Numbered from the stretch's first letter, positions 9,636-22,460 are shown. The stretch: 64,000 nt of DNA from an uncultured Planctomycetaceae bacterium (GCA_963785305.1 CAWAUV010000007.1:544001-608000); one strand, 5' to 3'. The notes: generated from the sequence alone by a model not told the origin. Numbers and translations: made by a program.

Positions 9636-12600
9636 CTAGTGAATTTCCAGGCGTTTGACGAGCGCTTCGTAACGCGATTGTTCGAAGCTGCTGAGGCTCT
9701 CGGGGTCGAGCCCCATTTCCCGGGCGCGGGAGATCGAACGCATCGCGCTGCCCCGGTCGCCGGCCATGTCTTGCGCAGCGCCAGATGCACGTATTTCGGC
9801 GCCGATCCGCCCTCGCTCACGGACCGAGTCAACTCGCGCACCGAGTCGGATACTTTGCCTTCGACCAGCCACACGATCCCTTGCGTGTCTTGCACATCGG
9901 CCGTGGGCCCGATCACCGAGATCGCTTCCTCGATCAATTTCTTGGCCCGCGCGAGGTCGCCCGGGCGATTGCGCAGCGCCAATACGAACGCGAGATTGTT
10001 TTTCACCACGGCGGCCTGACTCGGTTTCACCGAATCGAGCTTAAGCACATTGACGTAGGCCTCGATCACTCGGTCGACCTGACGTGTCTGATCGTAGAGA
10101 TCGGCTTGGAACATGCGATAGGCCGAATTGTTCGGCTCTTCCGCGAGCCCGATCGCGATCCAGTTTTCGATTTGGCCGATCTGCCGCTCGGTGATGTCGA
10201 CGTGGCGACTGCGCATGCAGGCCAGCGCCGCTCCGATCACGGTGGTGAGCGGCTGCGAACGGCGCGATTTTTCGAACAGCGTGAAGGTTTCATCGAGATC
10301 GAAGTGGCGGCCGAGGAAGGTGGCCAACATCAATTCGGTCCGCGGTTCCAGATCGACCAATTGCCGCAGATAGCCCTCGGAAAGCTCCGGGGCGCCGATC
10401 GACTCGAGAATCGACGCCGCTTGGGCCAGCCGCTGAGCTTGGTCGGGCGGCAGCGGTTCGGGCACGAACTCCTTGACCAGCTCGATTGCTTGGTCGCGCT
10501 TGCCTTGCTTGGCCAAGAGCCGCGCTTTCAATTCGAGCGATTGCGGCGTGTTGGGCTGCGAGGCGACGACCCGCTCCACCCAGCGAGCCGCGTCGTCGAC
10601 CTCGTTGTGCTTGATCTGCAACGAGGCCAGAATCGCCATGTACTGCGGATTGTTGCCGGTGCGGCCGAGCAAATTCAGCAGTTGCTCGCGGGCCTTGTCC
10701 CAGCGCCCGGCGCGTTCGTAGAGCTGGGCAAGTTGCAAATGCAGATCGTCGGGCAGGGGACGCTTGGCTTGCAGATGTTCGAGCAGCTTGACGGCTTTTT
10801 GCCGCGACTCGGCCTCGGGCCGCTCGCCGAGCATGCCGGCCAGGAGCGTGGCGTCTTCGGTGGTGTAGTGGCCCGCTTGCGCGTTGGCCTCGATCACGCT
10901 CACGGCCTTGCGCAGACTTTCGAAATCTCCCTGGGTCTTGAGCAACTGTGCTTTGGAGCGGCGAGCCCAAAAGAGCCGGTCGCGGAATTCATCGGACTTG
11001 CGCGATTCGCAGTAGGCGATCAATTTGTCCAGCTGCTGCTCGAGCTTTGGAGTTTGTTTGGTGCGTTGGTAGAAACTGGCCAGTGCTTGCATTTCGGCCG
11101 AGTTTTCGGGTTCGGCTTTCAGCCGATCGAGATAGATCTGCTCGGCGGCGGCGATGTCGCCGACCAATTCATGGTATTGCGCCAAGGTCTGCGGACGCTC
11201 GGCCTCGGGAACCGAGCGCTCGATATCGCCGAGCACTTCGGCCGCTTGATTGGGTTTTTTGTGAACAAGCAAATGGTTGGCCAAGAGGAGCCAGTAAATG
11301 CCCGAAGCCGGTTGCAGTTCAACCGCCGCGCGGTATTCGCGTTCGGCGTCGGCGGCTCTGCCGGAGGTGTCGAGCAATTGCCCGAGCCAGACATGGTTGC
11401 CGGCGTCCTTGGGGGCGTCTTCCACGGCTCGCTCGGCCGCGGCCATCGCCTCGTCGGCATGGCCGGTTTGAAGCGCGATGTGGGAATCGATCTTGCGCAT
11501 CGTGTCCGAGGCGGTCGTGGCGCCCACGAGTTGGATCGCCTCGCGGGCTTCCGCCAGCCGGCCCCGCGCATAGAGCAGCTCCACCAGCCGGCGAGCCGTG
11601 GCCGCATGGCCGGGCGAGAGATTGAGCGCGTGGCGGTAGCCCTGAATTGCTTCGTCGGCCCGGCCATCGAGCTCGTCGATTTCGGCGCCCAGCCGAGCGA
11701 CTTCGTACCATTCGGCCCGACCGGCCCGCGCATCGGAAAGCAGGTCGCGCGCTCGCGTGAGCGCCGAGCGGCCGAGTTTTTTCGAGCGAACCTGCCACAC
11801 GATTTCGCAGGCGCCGGCGTAGCGGGCTAGCGAACTCGAGGCGCCGGCCAAACGCCGCAACTGCCGCGCGCCCTCGCTCATGTCGTCGGGCTTCGAGAAT
11901 TCGACCGCCAGTTCGAAGAGCGTCTGCCGCAGTCGGGGGTCCTCGGGGCGAGTCTCGGCCACGCGCGTCCAGCAGCGGCGCGTGTTGTCGTAATCACGCA
12001 TCCGATAATGCAAATTGCCCAGGTCGCTCCAGAAGGCGGCTTGCTGATCCACCGGGAACTTGTCGAGGCCGTCTTCAAGCGACTTGAGCCGCTGCGGAAG
12101 CTCGGCGCCGCCCATTCGCGCCCACAGATTCGCCTGCGCAATGCGCATCGGCACGATATCCCCTAGCTCCTTGCGGGCCACGTCGATGAACTTCTGTGTC
12201 TTGTCGACATCGTAGTCTCGCTGCATCAGGTTCAAGAGCGAGAGCCAGATCGCGAGATCCTTGGGACTGTTCTTGCGAGCCGTGAGCAAGATCGACTTCG
12301 CTTCGTCGACTTTGTCCTGCATGAACTTGAGCTCGGCCCGAATAATCGCCTTCTGGGTGTCGGTCTGCGTGGGATCGTCGACGAAGCTTTGGGCCAGCGC
12401 TTCGACTTCCCGCCAATCCCGCCTGTCTTTCGGGAGCCGCAATTGCTGCGAGATTCGCAGTTGCAGGAGTTGATTGCGCACGATCGTGGGCGTGGCGACT
12501 TTGTTTCGCGCGAGGCTCTTGACCAGATCGGTCAGCGAGTCGATCGCCATTTCCGAGTTACCCATCGCCGCCAGCGCGCGAGATTCACCCAGCTTGGCGC

Positions 12601-13909
12601 TGAGCAGCGTCGGATCGCGCATGAGGGCTTTGTGATAGACTTCGAGTTCGCGGTCCGGTTGGCCCAAGCGTTCGTAGGCTTCGCCCAGGAGCAGGTCGAT
12701 CTGTTTGGCGATCTCGGGCAGGTCGACCATCAGCGGGCGAATGCGCTCGAGCCGTTGCGAGGCGAGCAGCCATTTTTCTTCCGAGACAAGCAAACGGCAG
12801 TGCATGAATTCGACCAAGTCTTGGCGCACATCGAGCCGGTCGAGTTTGTCGAGCGATTTCCGCGCGTTGTCCAGATCGCGGCTCTGCAGTTGCAAATCGG
12901 CCAAAAACAGCCACAACGCCTGACTATCGGGCAGCGTCTTCAGGGCCGCTTGCACGATCTCCAGCGCGGCGGCCGGCTTATCCTCGTTGAGCGCCAGCGT
13001 GGCCTGGGCCCGGTAAATCGCTTCGTTGTTCGGATATTTCGCCACGCCGCGATCGAGCAGCGCATGCGCCTCGTCGAATTTGCGGAGATTCATCGCCATC
13101 TCGGCGGCCGCCAAAATCACATCGCTGTCGTCGGGCGCCAGGGCCAGCGCGGTCGCGATGTGCTTCGCGGCCGCGTCGCGCCGCCGGGCGCGTTCCTCGT
13201 AGCGCGCCGCCTTGAGAAACGCCCGCGGAGATTCGGGGTTCACTTTCAACATTTGCGCGACCACGCGATCGGCTTGCTCCGAGTCCTCGAACTTTCGCTT
13301 GAGCAAGTCGGCCAGCATCATGTAGGCGTCGAGTTCCTTGGCCGCCCGCGGGGTTTCGACATCGAACCCGTGGGTCGTGTCGTTGTAGCCCAACACGTCG
13401 TAAAACAATCGCAAGGCGCGGTCGACCTGACCGAGCGCGGCGTGGCACTGGGCAATTCGCAAATCCAACTGCACGTCGTCGCGATTGTTCTTGCGCAGTT
13501 CCTCGAACTGCTTCATCGCGTCACCGATGCGCCCGAACCGCGCCAGCAGCAGTTCGGCCAAGCGCCGCCGCACCGGCACGAGGTCCGGATGCAATCGCAG
13601 CGCCTCCTCGCACTTGTCAAACGCCATGCTGACCGTTCGCCGCGTGGCGTCGGGTCTCATGGCTTCGGTCATGAGCAAGGCCGACAATTTCTCATATGCC
13701 TCGGCATTGTCGTGATTCTTCAGGTACTGCCAATATCGCCCGATGGCCTCGATCGGCTTGCCATCGTTTTCCGCCCGCTCGGCCTGCACCAGCAAAACGT
13801 CGGCGTTGCGCTTCTTCTGATAGCCATGCACGACATGCACTCCGAGCATGGCCACCGAGGCGCCCGCGAACAGAGAGCCGACGAGCTTGAAGTTTAATTG
13901 TCGCTGCAT
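9636..13909 (-). CDS. Large membrane-anchored TPR-repeat protein; frameshift ~9780
   Basis: N-terminal TM, ~1400 aa helical repeats, C-term NNLAFVLA...VQDTQG. Confidence 0.85.
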
Positions 13910-14455
13910 GCGGAGAAATCCTGTGGATGGCGACCGATGGATCGATGTCCCGAAGAGAATCCGGCTGAAGAGTTATTGTTCGCGCGGCTGGCGGGCGCCG
14001 GCAAATGGATTTGGACGAACGGATGGAATCGGTCCGCTTGATCACTGCCCCGTGCTGGCGCTCTGCGGCGCCGTTCTCGGGACCCTCGCGCCGCGTTTGG
14101 CCCCCAAACGCCTCCGCCTCGGCAAAAGGCCTGATTCAATTCATCCTAACTGCTCGGAAAAACCTGTCAAACGCCCGGCAATCCCGGTGTCTGCCTCGGT
14201 CGCCCTGGCGGCGTGCCGGCCTCGAAAGGTGGGCTGGGGATAGTTAGGCAATCCGAGAGGGCTCCGATCGCCTATTCGGCCCTCGACTTACGACAAGATC
14301 AAAGATTTGGGAAAACTTTGCCGATTAGTAGGACTGTTCCGATCAGGGGTCCTTTATCGATCGCGGACGGTGGAGCGGACAATTGATGCAATCGCCCGGC
14401 GATTCTCCCCAGGGCGATGCGTTTTGCGACCGGTTTTTTTCTTTGAAGGCATAGC

Positions 14456-15543
14456 ATGCGTCGGCGAGTTTTTTTCTGGCTGCAAGTCATCGTGGGGAGC
14501 ATCCTCCTGGGCGCCGGCGCGCTCGTCGGCTGCCAGCAGATCGTCACCCGCGGACAGCATCCCGAGCTCGATGGCTCGCCGACGATTCCTTCGGGCGTCG
14601 CGCCCTTCGAGCGGTCGGCGCCGACGGAAAAAGACAAAACCAGCTTGCCGACCTATGTGATCGAGCCGCCCGACACGCTGCTGATCGACGCCGTGAAGCT
14701 TGTTCCCAAGCCACCCTACAAGATCGAGCCGCTCGATGTGCTCCAGGTGCTGGTCGTGGGCACGCTCCAAGAGCAGCCCATCACGGGCCAGTACCCGATC
14801 GATCCGGGCGGAATGATCGATCTTGGACCTTCCTATGGCAAGGTTCGCGTGGCGGGCATGACCTTCGCCGAAGCGAAGCAAGCGATCGACAAACACCTGC
14901 GTCATATTCTGCGTGAACCCGAGGTGTCGGTATCGCTGGCCCAATCGGCGGGCCAGCAGCAAATTGGCGGTGAGCATCTCGTGGGCCCCGATGGCACGGT
15001 GAACCTGGGCACCTATGGCCGGGTGTATGTGGCGGGAATGACCGTGGCCCAGGCCAAGGCGGCGGTCGAGCGGAAACTGAGCGACAAAATTCTCGAGCCC
15101 AAGGTGTCGGTCGACGTGTACACCTATGGCAGCAAGTTTTACTACATCATCACCGAGGGCGCGGGCAGCGGCGACAGCGTGATGCGCGTGGCGATCACGG
15201 GCAACGAGACCGTGCTCGACGCGATCTGCCAGGTCAACGGCACCAGCCGCCTTTCGAGCCAGAGCATGTGGATCGCTCGACCCGCGCCGGGTGGCATCGG
15301 CTGCGATCAGTTGCTGCCGGTCAATTGGAAAGAGATCAGCAAGGGCGCGGCCACGGCGACGAATTTTCAGATACTGCCGGGCGACCGACTGTTTATTTCG
15401 GAAAACAAGATCATCGCCTTCAGCAGCGCCTGTCGCGGCTTACTTCGCCGTTTGAACGCGTGTTGGGCGTTGGTCTGCTGGGAACGACCACGATCCAAAC
15501 GGCTTACCGTTTTCCCAAGGGCTTCGCCGGCGGATATTTGTAA
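14456..15543 (+). CDS. Polysaccharide biosynthesis/export (Wza-like) lipoprotein; frameshift ~15430
   Basis: Lipobox LVGC; YVIEPPD, two poly-export repeats (YGKVRVAGMT, YGRVYVAGMT), TGNETVLDAI, ILPGDRL. Confidence 0.85.
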
Positions 15544-15648
15544 CGCGTGAGTCGTCGGCGAATCTCGCCATCGGCGCGTCACGGAGACCGCCGAGCGGGA
15601 ACGTCGCGAAGTTCCGCCGGCTCTTTTTTCACTTGCAGCAGGGAAGCT

Positions 15649-17000
15649 ATGCGAGTTGCATCGCAAACATGGATCTGGTGTATCCCGTGCGGCGTGCTGG
15701 GCGGAATGCTGTTTTGCTGTGTCTTGTGCAGCGCCCAATCGCCTCCGCCGCCCGCCGGCTGCGCGAGCGGCGACGGCTGCATTCCGAATTCGGCCACGTA
15801 CGGCTGGTACAAAACACGCTGGCGTCGCTGGCCCGACGCGGAGCAACCGCTCGAGCCCGTGCCCGCGAAGCCGAGCACGCGATCGTCGAAGCCGAAGCCC
15901 GCGCAGCTGCCCTCGAGCGGCGCGTCGCCCGCCCAGCCCGCGGAGCGTCCGCCGATCGAGGAGACATTCCCAACGCCGCCCGAGCAGCCGGCCGGCCAAT
16001 TGCCGGGTCAAGTGCCCGACGTGGACGTGCCGCCGAAGCCGCCCGAATCGCCGCCCGACGAATCTCCGCTGGTTCCTCCCACGGCGCTGCCGCCAGCGGA
16101 GCCGCTAACTCCGACGGCTCCTGGAACTGCTCCTAAAACCGCCGAGCCTCCGGCTGAAGAGATGCCCGGCGAGGCGCCGCCGCCACTCGTGCCGCCGGCC
16201 GCCGCGCCCGCCGATTTACCGCAACCTTCGCTCGAAGATGATCTGCGAAATCTTTTGCCCGACGAGAAACCGACTCGGAAGCCGGCGCCTGGCAAGTCGC
16301 GGACCACGGAACCGCCGCGCACGAAAAGTCGTTTGAAAGAAGATCCGTTCATCGATGATCCGCTCCCTTCGGAAAAGCCATCGCCGCGCCAAGGCCGACG
16401 CCCGCCGCGCCCGCGCCGGTGGAAGGCGAAATGACTGGGTCGGGTCCGCATCACTTGCAATGGGGCGCCGACGACCTGGAACAGGCTCGTCGCGCGGTTC
16501 CGGCCTCGATGTTCCAACTCGAACCGGCGGTCGCGCCGCTGCCGCGCACATCGCTCGCGCCGGCGCGGCAGGCCGCGGCCGCCGCCGCTTTCGGCCAGGT
16601 AGAGCCAATGACGGCGCCGGGGTCGGCGACGGTTGCCCAAGTTCCCGCTGAAGCCGCCGTTCCTGTTTCAGCCACGCCAGCCACGCCAGCCGCGGCGCAA
16701 ACCTCGGCGGCGCTGCGCTGGACATCGACTCCACAATCGGCCCTGGCGCCGAGCGACGCGGACGAGCCGCAAGCCAACGAGTCGCCAGCCACATGGCCGC
16801 AAACTCCGGATCCGCGAACCCCGACTCCGCAATCCGCCGGACCGACGGTTGACGACGCCGCCACGCGCATGGCCCAGTGGCAAGTAGCCACCGCCAACCG
16901 GTCGGCTCGCGCGCCGCAATCCGGAGCCGCCTTGCCACTCAGCCGAGCCAATCCGCTTCGCGGGGCCGCCACGCCGCCGGTCGCCAACCCGCTCCGCTAA
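15649..17000 (+). CDS. Pro-rich secreted hypothetical protein; probable frameshift ~16400
   Basis: Signal-like N-term, CIPN..YGWYKTRWRRWP, Pro/Ala low complexity, ends RANPLR...VANPLR. Confidence 0.55.
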
Positions 17001-17080
17001 AGCCTCGGCGGCGGGCGATGCTTGGCCCGACGCCGCCGAGTATCCGCGAGCCATGTCGCCAGTGTCCAGGGAGCCGTCCG

Positions 17081-17498
17081 ATGCCGATCAAGACCTCATC
17101 CCTCGATGAAATGCCGGTGCTCAACCTCACCGCCATGATCGACATCTTGTTTCTCTTGATCATCTTCTTCATGCTCGGCGCCAAATTCGCCGACGACGAG
17201 CGACGCATCGCGGTCGATGTGCCACGCGTGAACGCCTCGCGGGCCCGCGGCGCCCGGAAACAAACGCGTCGTGGTGGTCGACCGCGCGGGCATCGTGACA
17301 CTCGACGGGCAGAACGTGTCGCTCGCCGAGCTCACCAGCCGGCTGGCGTCGGATAAGAACAAGCGCATCGCGGTGCTGCTCCGCGGCGACGCCGGGGCGC
17401 CGTTTCAACTCGTGGCCGGCGCTCTGAGCGCGTGCAAGGAAGCGGGCGTCGGCGAGCTCTCGGTTTCAGTCAAGTCGGGCGGCCCTGTCCGCAAGTAA
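17081..17498 (+). CDS. exbD: ExbD/TolR family protein; frameshift ~17260
   Basis: LNLTAMIDILFLLIIFFM; second frame VLLRGD...AGV. Confidence 0.85.
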
Positions 17499-17507
17499 GG
17501 ACGTTGC

Positions 17508-19355
17508 ATGCGACACGGCGACTTCCTCACCGGCGCTCCGCTCCTCGCCGCGTTTGACGCTCAATCGGTGCGCTACATCGTGTGCGCTGGGCTCGTGGCC
17601 ATTACCTGCTGCTTGCTGGTGCTGGCGCGCACTCAGTGGGGACACTCGAACCCGTTGCGAAAGTGCATCGTGCTTTCGCTGGTGGCCCACCTGCTGATTG
17701 GCATCTACGCGACGACCGTGCAGATCGTGTCCAATGAACCGCCCGGCGGCGCGGCCACGAGCATTGTGCTGGTCGATGGATCGGGCGACGACCTCACCGG
17801 CGCCGCCGAACCGGCCGCGGCCTCGGGCGACGATCTTTCCCCGAACCTGGCCCCCGAGTCGGGCGAGCCCGGGCTCGACGAGACGAATCCGAAGGCGGCG
17901 CGCGACGCCGCGACGCGGGCATCGGCCCCGAGTGCGGCCGCGCCGCCCATTGTTTCAAACGAAACACCGAGCGGCGCGCCCGAGTCGGAGCCGATTAGCT
18001 CGGTATTGAACGAGAGCGCCGCGCCGGCCGAAGCAGCGCCAATCTCCTCGCCCGCGGCAACGGCCGCGGATATTCCGCCGCCCGAGCCCGCGACGAACCC
18101 GGCCAAGGAAAATTCGCCGAAGGAGCCTCCCGCGGCGCAAGCGGCGTCGGCTAGCGAAGCTTCGACTCCCGCGGCGAGCTCCGCGCACACCCCGGCAGAA
18201 AAAACACCGGATACCGATCCCAAGAGCAATGCGCTCGCCGGCGCGGCGCCGATCGCGCGTTCCGCGCCCGCGATCTATTCTCTTCGCACGGCGAGCGATC
18301 ATGTGCGCGTGGCCGAGCAACATGGCGGCAACGAGCAGACCGAAGCCGCCGTGGGCGCGGCGCTCCAGTACCTTGTCGCCAACCAGTCGATCGACGGCCG
18401 ATGGAACCCCCGCGCACTCGAAGCCGGACGCCAACAGCGCAGCGATGGGCCCGATCGCCACGGGGTGGGCATGCAGGCCGACACCGGACTCACCGGGCTT
18501 TGTCTCCTCTCGCTCTTGGCGGCCGGGCACACGCATCTAAACGGTGAATATGCGGCGAGCGTCAAACACGGCCTGGAGTTTCTGCTTGGCGCCCAAACCG
18601 CGGATGGCAGCCTAGCCGGCGCCGCCACGCTCTATGAACGCATGTATTGCCACGGCATGGCCTCGTTTGCCCTGAGCGAAGCCCTGGCCATGACCGGCGA
18701 CGAGCGACTCCGGCCAGCGGTCGAAGCGGCGATCGGCTACACGCTGCACGCCCAGAACGCAACCTCGGGTGGATGGCGTTATCAGCCCGGCGAGCCTGGC
18801 GATATGAGCCAGTTTGGCTGGCAGGCCATGGCGATCAAAAGCGCGGCGCTCGGCGGAGTGGCGATCCCCGACGAAAGCCGCAACGCAATGCGGCAGTTTC
18901 TCCGCGGCGTGTCGAGCGGGCGCCACGCCGGGCTGGCCGCCTATCGGCCGGGTCATCCGCCCACGCGGGCCATGACGGCCGAAGCGCTCGTGTGTCGGCA
19001 GTTCGTGGGCATCGCTCCCGACGATCCGCAAAGCCGCGAGGCGGGCGATTTCGTGATGACCGAACTGCCGGGCGAGGGGCCCGCCAATGTGTATTACTGG
19101 TACTACGGCACGCTCGGCATGTATCAATTGCAAGGCGTTTACTGGCAGCGATGGAACACCGCTTTGCAAAAGCAGCTTTTGAACACCCAGCGGCGCGAGG
19201 GAAAGCTCGCGGGCAGTTGGAATCCCGACCCAGTGTGGGGGGGGTATGGTGGCCGGGCGTTTAGCACGGCGCTTTCGGCGCTCTGCCTCGAGGTCTATTA
19301 TCGATTTCTGCCGCTCTACGCCGCGCACGCCGAGAGCGGGCGCTCGATGCAATGA
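17508..19355 (+). CDS. Membrane-anchored prenyltransferase/squalene-oxidase-repeat protein
   Basis: SLVAH anchor, Pro/Ala linker, Q..DG.W repeats, MYCHG, GGWRY, YYWYY, LEVYYRFLP. Confidence 0.8.
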   Translation: MRHGDFLTGAPLLAAFDAQSVRYIVCAGLVAITCCLLVLARTQWGHSNPLRKCIVLSLVAHLLIGIYATTVQIVSNEPPGGAATSIVLVDGSGDDLTGAAEPAAASGDDLSPNLAPESGEPGLDETNPKAARDAATRASAPSAAAPPIVSNETPSGAPESEPISSVLNESAAPAEAAPISSPAATAADIPPPEPATNPAKENSPKEPPAAQAASASEASTPAASSAHTPAEKTPDTDPKSNALAGAAPIARSAPAIYSLRTASDHVRVAEQHGGNEQTEAAVGAALQYLVANQSIDGRWNPRALEAGRQQRSDGPDRHGVGMQADTGLTGLCLLSLLAAGHTHLNGEYAASVKHGLEFLLGAQTADGSLAGAATLYERMYCHGMASFALSEALAMTGDERLRPAVEAAIGYTLHAQNATSGGWRYQPGEPGDMSQFGWQAMAIKSAALGGVAIPDESRNAMRQFLRGVSSGRHAGLAAYRPGHPPTRAMTAEALVCRQFVGIAPDDPQSREAGDFVMTELPGEGPANVYYWYYGTLGMYQLQGVYWQRWNTALQKQLLNTQRREGKLAGSWNPDPVWGGYGGRAFSTALSALCLEVYYRFLPLYAAHAESGRSMQ

Positions 19356-19607
19356 CTGGCTCGGCAAAGAGTTGGGCGCACGGGCCGGATCGCGGAGGCC
19401 GCTCGGAGCGTCAGGTTGGCGGGTAATCGCGCCCGCGGCGTGAAAGGTTTGACTTACCGGGGCTAGCCATTAGAATTGAGTTGGTGGATCGCGTGGTAGC
19501 ATGCGCGCCGTGCCCTCGGAGTCGGGGCCACGAACACCCGGCAATAATGTTCGCCGCCCGCGTCGATTCCTTCCTTTGATAGCCCTCGAACAGCAGAGCA
19601 TGTCCCC

Positions 19608-19781
19608 ATGATTGCAATGATCACTCCCCTGACGGCTATTGTCGTGGGACTTGTCGTGCTGCTTCTATTCGGCAGCCGGCTGCCGGGAGTGATGCGGAAC
19701 TTGGGCCAAGGAATGGTGGAGTTCAAGAAGGGCATGCAAGGCATCGACGACGATAAGGATAAGGGTCCGCATCCGAGTTGA
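19608..19781 (+). CDS. tatA: TatA/E subunit (57 aa; not in ORF track)
   Basis: Manual translation: MIAMITPLTAIVVGLVVLLLFGSRLPGVMRNLGQGMVEFKKGMQ... Confidence 0.88.
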   Translation: MIAMITPLTAIVVGLVVLLLFGSRLPGVMRNLGQGMVEFKKGMQGIDDDKDKGPHPS

Positions 19782-19854
19782 GTCGTTGCGGCGCGGGCCT
19801 GAAGAACGCCGTTTGAAAGTTGGCTTTTGTCCTTTTGCTTTTGTAGGTGAGATC

Positions 19855-20154
19855 ATGTTCGGTCTGGGCCCGCTGGAACTTGGCATTGTAGGCGTCATTG
19901 CGGTGCTGCTGTTTGGCAATCGCTTGCCCGAGGTGGGGCGTTCGCTTGGCCGCAGTCTCACCGAGTTCAAGAAGGGTATGCGCGACATTCAGGGCCAGAT
20001 GGACTCGGCGATGCACGAGCCCGCGCCATCGCAAATGGTGCGGAATCAGCGAGCGGTCGACGAGTCGGAAGAGCCGACAGCGCCGAAGTTCGAGCCGCCT
20101 TCGCGCGAGCCGTTCGAAGCCGGGGGCCGCGAACAGGGTCAGCCGCGAGTTTGA
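19855..20154 (+). CDS. tatA: TatA/E subunit, second copy
   Basis: MFGLGPLEL...LLFGNRLPEVGRSLGRSLTEFKKG. Confidence 0.92.
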   Translation: MFGLGPLELGIVGVIAVLLFGNRLPEVGRSLGRSLTEFKKGMRDIQGQMDSAMHEPAPSQMVRNQRAVDESEEPTAPKFEPPSREPFEAGGREQGQPRV

Positions 20155-20493
20155 CCGGCCGCTGACTTTACGCCGGTTTTCATTAGCGCCGCTCCGTGCT
20201 CTCCATTTTCTTGCGGCGCTCTCTTCGCGTCGCTGAGTGCGCGATTTCCGGTTGTAGCGATCATGCTCGCGGTATCGTTTTCGCCGGCCGCTCGCGGCGA
20301 TCGTTTTGCTGCGCAACGATCGCTTTTTCCGCGCATCGCTAGCCAGCGGCGCGTTTTCGCTTCGACTTTGACGCTCCGGTCAACGTGACGTAGATAAATA
20401 GCGACGCCCCGTTGCCCGGCCAAAATCGGCTCGTGGCCGCCACGAACACTGTAAACCGGCGATCTGACCGCACTCCGGAAACGATGTACCGCT

Positions 20494-21878
20494 ATGAAAC
20501 ACGCCTCGCTGCTGCTCGTGGACGATGATCGCCGTGTGCTCGAAGGCATGACCGACTGGCTCCGCAGTCTGGGCCACAAGGTCGACGCCGTCGGAAGTCG
20601 CCAAGCCGCGATCGCGTCCGTGGACAAGAAGACCTACGACCTCGCCCTGGTCGACATTCGCCTGACCGATGGCGATGGATTCGACGTGCTCGCGCATTGC
20701 CGGCAGCACACCCCCACGACCGCCGTGATTCTTTTCACCGGCTATGGCACGGTCGAGACCGCCATCGAAGCGATTCGAGCCGGCGCGTTCGATTTTCTGA
20801 CCAAGCCGCTGATCGACGAGGAACTCGAACTGGCGATCGATCGCGCCCTCAACCAGCGAGAAGTCCTCGAGGAAAACAAACAACTCAAGGCCCAGCTCGA
20901 TCTGCGCTTCGGCCTGGAAAACGTCGTCGGCCACGACAATCGCATGCTCAAGGTGTTCGATGTGGTCGACTGCGTGGCCGATACCCGCGCCACGGTGCTC
21001 ATCACCGGCGAGAGCGGAAGCGGAAAATCGCTGATCGCCCGGGCCATGCATCGCCGCAGCTCGCGGCGCGACAAGCCATTCGTGGAAGTCGCCTGCGGAG
21101 CGCTGCCCGAGAATCTGCTCGAAAGCGAGCTATTTGGCCATGTGGCCGGCTCGTTTACCGGCGCCACGGGCGATCGCATCGGTAAGTTCTTGCAAGCCGA
21201 GGGCGGCACGATCTTTCTCGATGAAATCGGCACCGCCAGCCCGGCCTTGCAAGTGAAATTGCTCCGGGTGCTGCAAGAATTCGAATTCGAAGCGGTCGGC
21301 GGATCGAAGACGCATCATGTCGATGCCCGCGTGATTCTCGCCACCAACGAAGACCTCACCGAGCTTGTCGCCGCGGGCCGCTTTCGCCAGGACCTTTATT
21401 ACCGCATCAATGTGGTCAATATCGAGCTGCCGCCGATTCGCGAGCGACTGAGCGATATTCCGCTCCTGGCGCAACATTTTCTCGAACGAGCCTGTGAAGA
21501 GGCCGGCCGAGTGGTTCATGGCTTCACCGACGAAGCGCTCGCGGCGATCGGCCGCTACTCGTGGCCCGGCAATGTCCGCGAGCTGCAAAATGTAATCGAG
21601 CGGGCCGTGCTGCTGGGCAAGGCCGACCAAGTGCGGCTCGAGGATTTGCCGCGCCAGATCATCGGCAGTGTTCCGGCGATGATCGAACCGGTGGTGCGTG
21701 CGCACTCTCAAGCAAGCCTTGGAGATGCCCGAACGACAGATCATTCTCGAAGTGCTCGAGCGCAATCATTGGAACCGCCATTCTGACGGCCGATTCGCTG
21801 GGCATCAATCGCACCACGCTGTATAAGAAGATGAAGCGGCTGGGCCTGGAAGACGGTCGGCCGGCGCTATCGCAATAA
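20494..21878 (+). CDS. Sigma-54-dependent response regulator (NtrC/AtoC family); frameshift ~21700
   Basis: Receiver; GESGSGKS; ESELFGH..GSFTGA; FLDEI; WPGNVREL; Fis HTH LGINRTTLYKK. Confidence 0.93.
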
Positions 21879-22020
21879 CAGGCGCCAGCCGCATGCGCCG
21901 TCGGGCTGGAGCGGTGGCTGTCTCGTCGCTCATTGGCGATGGGAACCTACAGGCGGCAAAGTCGCTCCCCTAGGCCGGGCGCCGCGATAAAGAGGTCGTT
22001 TCGCCCTGTTCCGACTCCGG

Positions 22021-22446
22021 TTGCCGCGCTCCCTTGGTCGAAGAAGCAGGGTATCGACTTCCCTCATTCGTCGCCGGAGCCTACGCCCCCATGATCCGAT
22101 TTTTCGCATTGCGAGCGCCTCGATCGAAGCCCTGGGCATCTCTGGCGTCGCGAGCTTGACCCTCGTCGCTGGCCTGATCTTGGGAGCGGGCGCCGCCCTG
22201 GCCGATCCGCCGCCGATCGTGCCGGCCCCGCGATTAGCCGTTCCCGGTCAACCGCCGCGACCCTATCGGCACTTCGACTTCACCCAGCCCTCGCCCTATG
22301 GCGTGATCGTGACCTACCAGCAGAAGAGCACCGGCCGGGTCAAGCAGGTGTTTACCTATCCTGGTTATCGCAACGGCTGGCAAGAGCCCGACTTCTTGTA
22401 CTTTGGCGATCCCTGGTCGCGGCACACCTATGGCGTGAATCGCTAA
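22021..22446 (+). CDS. Small secreted hypothetical protein (start uncertain)
   Basis: Hydrophobic stretch ending AALA, then non-repetitive aromatic-rich domain with host-like codons. Confidence 0.45.
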   Translation: MPRSLGRRSRVSTSLIRRRSLRPHDPIFRIASASIEALGISGVASLTLVAGLILGAGAALADPPPIVPAPRLAVPGQPPRPYRHFDFTQPSPYGVIVTYQQKSTGRVKQVFTYPGYRNGWQEPDFLYFGDPWSRHTYGVNR

Positions 22447-22460
22447 GAGCCTATTCGGCA

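Noticed and set aside
17508..19355. Squalene-hopene cyclase
   Set aside because: No DXDD motif, a single barrel and a membrane anchor
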